DNA of 64,000 bases from contig CAWFUM010000007.1 of the NCBI GenBank assembly GCA_963818995.1, positions 15,392-79,391 on the forward strand, in the 5' to 3' direction. Made by a program: the position numbers and the translations under genes. Source of the DNA: an uncultured Actinomycetota bacterium (GTDB lineage Bacteria; Actinomycetota; Actinomycetes; Streptosporangiales; Streptosporangiaceae). Below the pieces are notes generated by a model. That model saw only the letters and a list, made by a program, of their open reading frames with translations, was not told the origin of the DNA and did no database searches. How positions within the stretch are numbered: the stretch's first letter is position 1; each line of letters begins with the position of its first letter. This document shows, piece by piece, positions 59,251 to 64,000 of this stretch.

Positions 59251-60573
59251 ATGACTACACAATACTTGCCGCTCGGCCGGAACGCGAGCGAGATCGCATC
59301 CGACGTCGAGTCGGCGGTCAGGGACGGCCGCTTGCTGCCCGGTGCTGCACTGCCCCCGGTGCGGGTGCTGGCCGCGGAGCGGGGACTGAGCCCGGCGACG
59401 GTAGCGGCCGCCTACCGTGAGCTGCGGGTCAAGGGAATAGCGCGCGGCCACCGGCGGGCCGGCACGCACATCACTGGTTCCCCGCCCACCTCGCCCCGGC
59501 CTCCGCTGTCCGTGCCAGCCGGAGCACGCAACCTCATCAGCGGGTCACCCGATCCCGCCTTGCTGCCCGCTCTGCCGAGGCTGCGCCGCGAGCCCGGTCA
59601 TCCGGCCTCGCCGCGCTTGTACGGAGACTCGCCGGTCTCACCCCGGCTGGCGGCGGTGGCCGCCAGCCGGCTCGCTGCCGACGGAATCGATCCGAGTCAG
59701 CTGGCGGTCGTCAGCGGTGCGCTGGACGGAGTAGAGCGGATTCTGGGGGCCTGGCTGCGTCCCGGCGACCGGGTCGCGGTCGAGGATCCCGGCTATCCGC
59801 CGCTACTGGACTTGCTGGCCGCACTCGACCTGTCTCCGGAGCCGATGGCACTCGACGAGTCCGGCGTGCGGCCGGACGCGCTGGCGCGCGCGCTGGACGC
59901 GGGCAGTCAGGCCGTGATGTTCGTACCGCGAGCCCAGAGTCCGACCGGCGCCGCCTGGCATCCCGGCCGGGCCGCGGAGCTCGCCCGGATCCTGGCCGGC
60001 AAGCCGGGCGTGCTGGTCATCGAGGACGACCACGCGGCCGAGGTTGCCGGGGCGCCGGCGCTGACGGTCACGGCGGGCCGGTCCACGTGGGCGGCAGTCA
60101 GGTCCGTCTCCAAGACGCTCGGGCCCGACCTTCGCCTCGCGGTGCTGGCCGGAGACCCGGTCACGATCGCCCGGGTCGAAGGGCGGCAGGCGCTCGGGCC
60201 CGGCTTCGTCAGCTACCTGCTGCAGGAAACCGTGGCCGAGCTGTGGCGCGACCCGGCGACGGGCCGCCTGCTTGAGTCGGCCGCGGCCGCGTACGCCAGC
60301 CGGCGCCAGCTGCTGATCGGCGAGCTTGCCGGGCTCGGCGTCCCGTCATCGGGCCGGTCCGGGCTGGCGGTCTGGGTACCGGTCGCCGATGAGGCGGGCG
60401 TCTCCTCAGCGCTGCTTGACCGCGGCTGGGCAACCGCGCCGGGGGAGCGGTTCCGGCTCAGGTCCGGGCCGGGCATCAGGATCGGCATCGCCACTCTGAC
60501 GGCGGCGGAGACCGGCAGGCTCGCCGCGGACATCTCCGCCTGCCTGCATATCCGGCCGCGCCGGACTGACTGA
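59251..60573 (+). CDS. MocR-like regulator (GntR-type wHTH fused to a class I/II aminotransferase-fold domain)
   Basis: wHTH: LPPVRVLAAERGLSPATVAAAYRELRVKGIA. The AAT-fold part has the PLP-Lys context SVSKTLGPDLRLAVL. Divergent from the GNAT gene across an AT-rich 41-nt spacer. Confidence 0.8.
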   Translation: MTTQYLPLGRNASEIASDVESAVRDGRLLPGAALPPVRVLAAERGLSPATVAAAYRELRVKGIARGHRRAGTHITGSPPTSPRPPLSVPAGARNLISGSPDPALLPALPRLRREPGHPASPRLYGDSPVSPRLAAVAASRLAADGIDPSQLAVVSGALDGVERILGAWLRPGDRVAVEDPGYPPLLDLLAALDLSPEPMALDESGVRPDALARALDAGSQAVMFVPRAQSPTGAAWHPGRAAELARILAGKPGVLVIEDDHAAEVAGAPALTVTAGRSTWAAVRSVSKTLGPDLRLAVLAGDPVTIARVEGRQALGPGFVSYLLQETVAELWRDPATGRLLESAAAAYASRRQLLIGELAGLGVPSSGRSGLAVWVPVADEAGVSSALLDRGWATAPGERFRLRSGPGIRIGIATLTAAETGRLAADISACLHIRPRRTD

Positions 60574-60609
60574 GACGGCGGGCGCAGGCGCGGCCGCCCC
60601 GGCGGGCCC

Positions 60610-61287
60610 TTAGTCGCCGACCGCGCGGACGGTCGCGTCGGCGTACTGGTCGTAGAGCTGGTCGCTGACTCGCGCGGAGATATCGATGATCTGCGCTGAC
60701 GGCTCTTCGTCTGGCACCCAGTCAGCCTCGGGCGCGCGGGCGCGGGCATCCTCCGCCCCGGCCTGCCGCGCCGCCCGCCGGCGCGCGTGCTCAGCGTCGG
60801 CGACCGCGGCCTCGCGCAGGAGGATGAGGTAGATGCCGAGCATGACTGCGGGCGGGATGCACGCCCACCACGACGTGAGCTTCAGGGCGGTGCAGCCGAC
60901 GGCCACGACCGTCAGCGCGACGATCATCGTCAGGAGCCGCCGCCTGGCCCTCAGCACCCTCGGGCGGGCGCCTGAGTAGGCCTGTGGCGGCGCCGGGGCG
61001 TGCGGGGCCGGGCGGATTGCCCTGAAGGGCTCGGTATCAGCGTCATCATCGTCGTACTGCGGCCCGTAGCCGTCATCGTCAGCCGTGCCGGAGTCGTAGT
61101 CGAGCTCGACCTCGAGGTGGACCTGATGCCCTGAGTGCGCGCGCCGAAGCCAGCGGGGAACGAGGATAAATGCCCAGATCGCGACAATCGCTACATACAG
61201 AAAAACACTGCTCACTCCCGCATCACCTGGCCGGTGCCGGGGGCAGCATAGCCGGTGCGCCGACGCCCGGTTGCGCGCGCGCAACAT
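60610..61287 (-). CDS. Conserved actinobacterial membrane protein (hypothetical)
   Basis: Two TM segments (VFLYVAIVAIWAFILV; LLTMIVALTVVAVGC...IPPAVMLGIYLILL) separated by an acidic linker. The start is uncertain (ATG 61287 or GTG 61215). Confidence 0.5.
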   Translation of the reverse strand: MLRARNRASAHRLCCPRHRPGDAGVSSVFLYVAIVAIWAFILVPRWLRRAHSGHQVHLEVELDYDSGTADDDGYGPQYDDDDADTEPFRAIRPAPHAPAPPQAYSGARPRVLRARRRLLTMIVALTVVAVGCTALKLTSWWACIPPAVMLGIYLILLREAAVADAEHARRRAARQAGAEDARARAPEADWVPDEEPSAQIIDISARVSDQLYDQYADATVRAVGD

Positions 61288-61445
61288 AGCGAATCGGCGG
61301 TGGTCACGTCACGCACGGTAAAGGTCCGCGCCTGACTTGACGAGCATTCGGCCCGGTGTGTCGCGAGATCGGCAACTGCGCCGTGTCGCGGCGCGCCGGT
61401 CGGGCGCCCTGGCGCGGCGCCGAGAATCCGATATATCTTGTCTTC

Positions 61446-61793
61446 GTGAGCACCTCATTGTCGCCCGAGGACGTCCGGGCCGCAGCCGAGATTCATCGCG
61501 AGATCAGCCCTGACTATCAGGACGCGGTCATCGACTCCTTCATCGAGCGCGTCGGGCGGGAGATCGACACCAGGGTCGACAACCGGCTCGCCGCGGCGCA
61601 GCGGGAGCAGCGGGCGCGCCGCTCCAACCCGCTGGCGCTGGCCATTACCTCGATCGCGCTCGGCATCCCGCTGAGCGGCATCACGCTGGGCCTGAGCACG
61701 GGCACGCAACTCACCGGGCTCGCGATCGTCTGGATCGCCATCGCCGTCATCAACGTGGCCTACGGGCTCAGCACCAGGGCGCCGAGGCGCTGA
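61446..61793 (+). CDS. Hypothetical membrane protein
   Basis: GTG at 61446. Soluble N-part (PEDVRAAAEIHREISPDYQDAVIDSFIERV) plus two C-terminal TM helices. Confidence 0.45.
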   Translation: MSTSLSPEDVRAAAEIHREISPDYQDAVIDSFIERVGREIDTRVDNRLAAAQREQRARRSNPLALAITSIALGIPLSGITLGLSTGTQLTGLAIVWIAIAVINVAYGLSTRAPRR

Positions 61794-61818
61794 CGGCCGG
61801 CCGCCAGGCCGCTTCCGC

Positions 61819-62460
61819 TCAGCCGGCGCGCAGCCGCGCGGACATCACCGTGCTTCGCCAGCGCGGCATCAGGCCGTTGGGGGCGTCCTCGACGGTGAGC
61901 GCGTAGCAAATGTGGTCGTGCCAGGCACCGTCGATATGCAGGCAGCGGCGGCGGACGCCCTCTTCGCGGAAGCCGAGCTTCTCGACCACCCGGCGGCTGG
62001 CCATGTTCTCGGGCCGGATGGTCGCCTCGATCCGGTGCAGGCCGACGCCGAAGAAGCACTGGTCCAGAGCCAGCGCCAGGGCAGTCGGGATCACGCCACG
62101 GCCGGCGAAAGCCTCGTCCACCCAGTAGCCGACCTGCGCCGACCGGGCCGAGCCCCAGATGATGCTGCCGATCGTCAGCTGGCCCGCGAACTGCCCGTCG
62201 TACTCCACCACCCAGGGCAGCGCGAGCCCCTGCCTGGCCTCTCGCCGCATGGTCCGTGCCATCCCGACATAGGGTCCGAGGCTGGACCGGTACAGCGGGG
62301 TCTCGGGGTTGGTCGGCTCCCAGGGGCGCAGCCAGGAGGCGTTGCGCACCCGGGCATCACGCCAGACAGCGGCGTCCTTGACCGTTATCGGGCGCAGGCT
62401 GACCGGAGCGTCGAGAAGCGACGGCTCGGTCAGCGTCACCCATCCGCGCGATCGTGCCAC
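61819..62460 (-). CDS. GNAT family N-acetyltransferase (ribosomal-protein acetyltransferase RimJ-like)
   Basis: LRPITVKDAAVWRDARVRN..WLRPWEP, QVGYWVDEAFAGRGVIPTALALALD, HRIEATIRPENMASRRVVEKLGFREEG. The moeA-moaC-mog neighbourhood is typical. Confidence 0.8.
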   Translation of the reverse strand: MARSRGWVTLTEPSLLDAPVSLRPITVKDAAVWRDARVRNASWLRPWEPTNPETPLYRSSLGPYVGMARTMRREARQGLALPWVVEYDGQFAGQLTIGSIIWGSARSAQVGYWVDEAFAGRGVIPTALALALDQCFFGVGLHRIEATIRPENMASRRVVEKLGFREEGVRRRCLHIDGAWHDHICYALTVEDAPNGLMPRWRSTVMSARLRAG

Positions 62461-62600
62461 CCCTCCATCATCGCGTGAGGGCAGTGTGATCCGCTATCGG
62501 GTCGACTGACGAAACCGTCTGATTAGTGAATGTGCCGGATTGGCCGCCCGGCCGGTAAGTGTCCGGTCCGGGAATCGGGCCGCTGACCTGACCCTGCGGC

Positions 62601-63092
62601 TCAGCTCGCCGGCGGCCGGGGGTGGTCGCCGCCGTGAATCTGGTCGACCGCGTGCTCGAGCAGGCCGGCCAGAACCGCCATGCCGTCCCGGACGCCGCCC
62701 GCGGAGCCGGGCAGGTTCACGATCAGCGTGCCGTTGGCCAGTCCGGCAGCGCCCCGTGACAGTGCCGCGGACGGCACTCCGGCCGCGACACCGGCCGCCC
62801 TGATGGCCTCCGGGATGCCGGGGATCTCCCGATCCAGGACCAGCCTGGTCATTTCCGGGGTGAGGTCGCCTGGGGTCAGGCCCGTGCCGCCGGTGGTCAC
62901 CACGACGTCGTAGCCGGCGCTGACCGCGTCCTGCAGCGCGACCTCGACCGTCGCGCCATCGGGAATCACGACCGGCCCGTCGGTCTGGCAGCCAGCCTCC
63001 GTCAGCAGTTGCGCCAGCACCGGGCCTGACCGGTCCTCATACACCCCGGCCGCAGCCCGGTTGGATACCGTGATCGCGAGCGCGCGGATCAT
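62601..63092 (-). CDS. Molybdenum cofactor biosynthesis protein MoaB/Mog (MoCF_biosynth domain)
   Basis: The ATG at 63092 overlaps the moaC stop (ATGA). AITVSNRAAAGVYEDRSGP, DVVVTTGGTGLTPGDLTPE, LIVNLPGSAGGVRD. Confidence 0.85.
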   Translation of the reverse strand: MIRALAITVSNRAAAGVYEDRSGPVLAQLLTEAGCQTDGPVVIPDGATVEVALQDAVSAGYDVVVTTGGTGLTPGDLTPEMTRLVLDREIPGIPEAIRAAGVAAGVPSAALSRGAAGLANGTLIVNLPGSAGGVRDGMAVLAGLLEHAVDQIHGGDHPRPPAS

Positions 63093-63565
63093 GGGCGCAG
63101 CCACCTTCCGGTCTTGCCGCCAGTCTTCTCCTCGACCCGGACGTCGGTGATGACGGCGGCCGGGTCGACTGCCTTGATCATGTCGATGAGCGCTAGCGCA
63201 GCCACTGAGACCGCGGTCAGCGCCTCCATCTCCACTCCGGTGCGGTCCGCGGTTCTCGCCGTGCAGCGGATGAGCACGCCGTGGTCGGCGACCTCCAGGT
63301 CCACCGTCACCCCGTGCAGGCCGATCGGGTGGCACAGCGGGATCAGGTCCGGCGTCTTCTTGGCGCCCTGGATCCCGGCAATCCTGGCCACCGCGATGGC
63401 ATCGCCCTTGGGCACGTTCTGCGTCCGCAGCGCCGCGATCGCCGCGGGCGACAGCAGGACCGTGCCGGTCGCGACGGCCGTCCTGGCAGTCACGTCCTTG
63501 CCCGACACGTCTACCATCCGGGCCTGGCCGGATGCGTCCAGGTGAGTCAGCCCGTTGTCGCTCAC
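63089..63565 (-). CDS. moaC: Cyclic pyranopterin monophosphate synthase MoaC
   Basis: 158 aa. LTHLDASGQARMVDVSGK, KGDAIAVARIAGIQGAKKTPDLIPLCHP, GVEMEALTAVSVAALALIDMIKA. Confidence 0.92.
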   Translation of the reverse strand: MSDNGLTHLDASGQARMVDVSGKDVTARTAVATGTVLLSPAAIAALRTQNVPKGDAIAVARIAGIQGAKKTPDLIPLCHPIGLHGVTVDLEVADHGVLIRCTARTADRTGVEMEALTAVSVAALALIDMIKAVDPAAVITDVRVEEKTGGKTGRWLRP

Positions 63566-64000
63566 GGCAGCTCCATGACGTCGACGGTCTGGCCGGCTTC
63601 CAGCGCCGTGACATCCTCGGGGATCACGACCAGCGCGTTCGCCCGGGCCAGAGAGGCGAGCTGGTGTGACATCTGGCCGGACACCGGAGTGACCCGTCCG
63701 GCCGGGCCGTCCAGGACGCCGCGCAGGAAGGAGCGCTTCTGTGCCGGTGAGGTGACCGGCGCGGTCAGGATGGCCTGGCGGGGCCTGCCCCGTTCCCGGC
63801 CTGAATCCTGCAGGGCATCAAGGGCCGGCCGGACGAACAGCCAGAACGACACATAGGCGCTGACGGGATTGCCGGGGAGGGTGAAAATCGGCGTTGCGTC
63901 CGGGCCGACCGTTCCGAAGCCCTGCGGCATGCCCGGCTGCATGGCGATCTTGCGGAAGCTGACCGTGCCCAGCGTCTGCAGCGCGGCCTTCACCACGTCA
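63562..64000 (-). CDS. moeA: Molybdopterin molybdenumtransferase MoeA, C-terminal part (gene continues beyond the window)
   Basis: FRKIAMQPGMPQGFG, IFTLPGNPVSAYVSF, and C-terminal domain IV (..GQMSHQLASLARANALVVIPE..). The stop overlaps the moaC start. Open at the window end. Confidence 0.85.
   Translation of the reverse strand, partial: DVVKAALQTLGTVSFRKIAMQPGMPQGFGTVGPDATPIFTLPGNPVSAYVSFWLFVRPALDALQDSGRERGRPRQAILTAPVTSPAQKRSFLRGVLDGPAGRVTPVSGQMSHQLASLARANALVVIPEDVTALEAGQTVDVMELP

Overview
High-GC (roughly 70%) actinobacterial chromosome segment. F420- and mycothiol-type enzyme families, a Pmt mannosyltransferase and AICE-type genes suggest a Frankia/Streptomyces-like Actinomycetota host; this is inference only. 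All calls come from manual reading of the ORF track and the sequence. No searches were run, and coordinates of small motifs were counted by hand.

The window has three parts.

(1) 1-32.9 kb: housekeeping and accessory metabolism. This includes TetR, a TrmO-like protein, aldehyde dehydrogenase, MFS, and an orphan C5 DNA methyltransferase. A ~10.5 kb aromatic meta-cleavage-type catabolic cluster (6.3-16.9 kb) is built around a GntR/FadR-type regulator. It is marked by four near-identical copies of a 16-bp motif, AAACTGCATACAGTTT, that overlaps predicted -10 boxes. Downstream come a BNR propeller plus MoaD-like pair, a frameshifted zwf, an arylsulfatase and a STAS-PAS operon. After these come a UvrA-paralogue/TetR/F420-nitroreductase module, then decayed YceI and S53 peptidase genes.

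(2) 32.9-58.5 kb: a tandem accretion of integrative elements at tRNA-Ala(CGC). There are four copies of the tRNA 3' core, one intact tyrosine integrase, two integrase 3' remnants, and seven copies of a 22-bp arm-type repeat at fixed spacing from the cores. The contents include a MerR-MFS mini-element and a decayed pSAM2-like AICE backbone (GntR/KorSA-like, FtsK/TraB-like, RepSA-like). Also present are an IS701-like insertion inside a CTAG-rich repeat array, a frameshifted Pmt, and an AT-richer patch with an RHS toxin tip. A ~420-nt almost G-free polypyrimidine tract abuts a broken large serine recombinase. An IS1380 transposase fragment is fused in frame to an integrase remnant.

(3) 58.5-64 kb: core genes (GNAT, MocR-like regulator, RimJ-like GNAT, mog/moaB, moaC, partial moeA).

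I did not recognise a clean, complete defence or other novel multi-gene system. The most unusual signals are the operator/promoter motif regulon, the ordered att/arm-site array, the CTAG repeat array, and the polypyrimidine tract (which may be an assembly artefact). Also notable is the very uneven distribution of frame disruptions: none in about 20 long genes, and more than 25 concentrated in about 17 genes.
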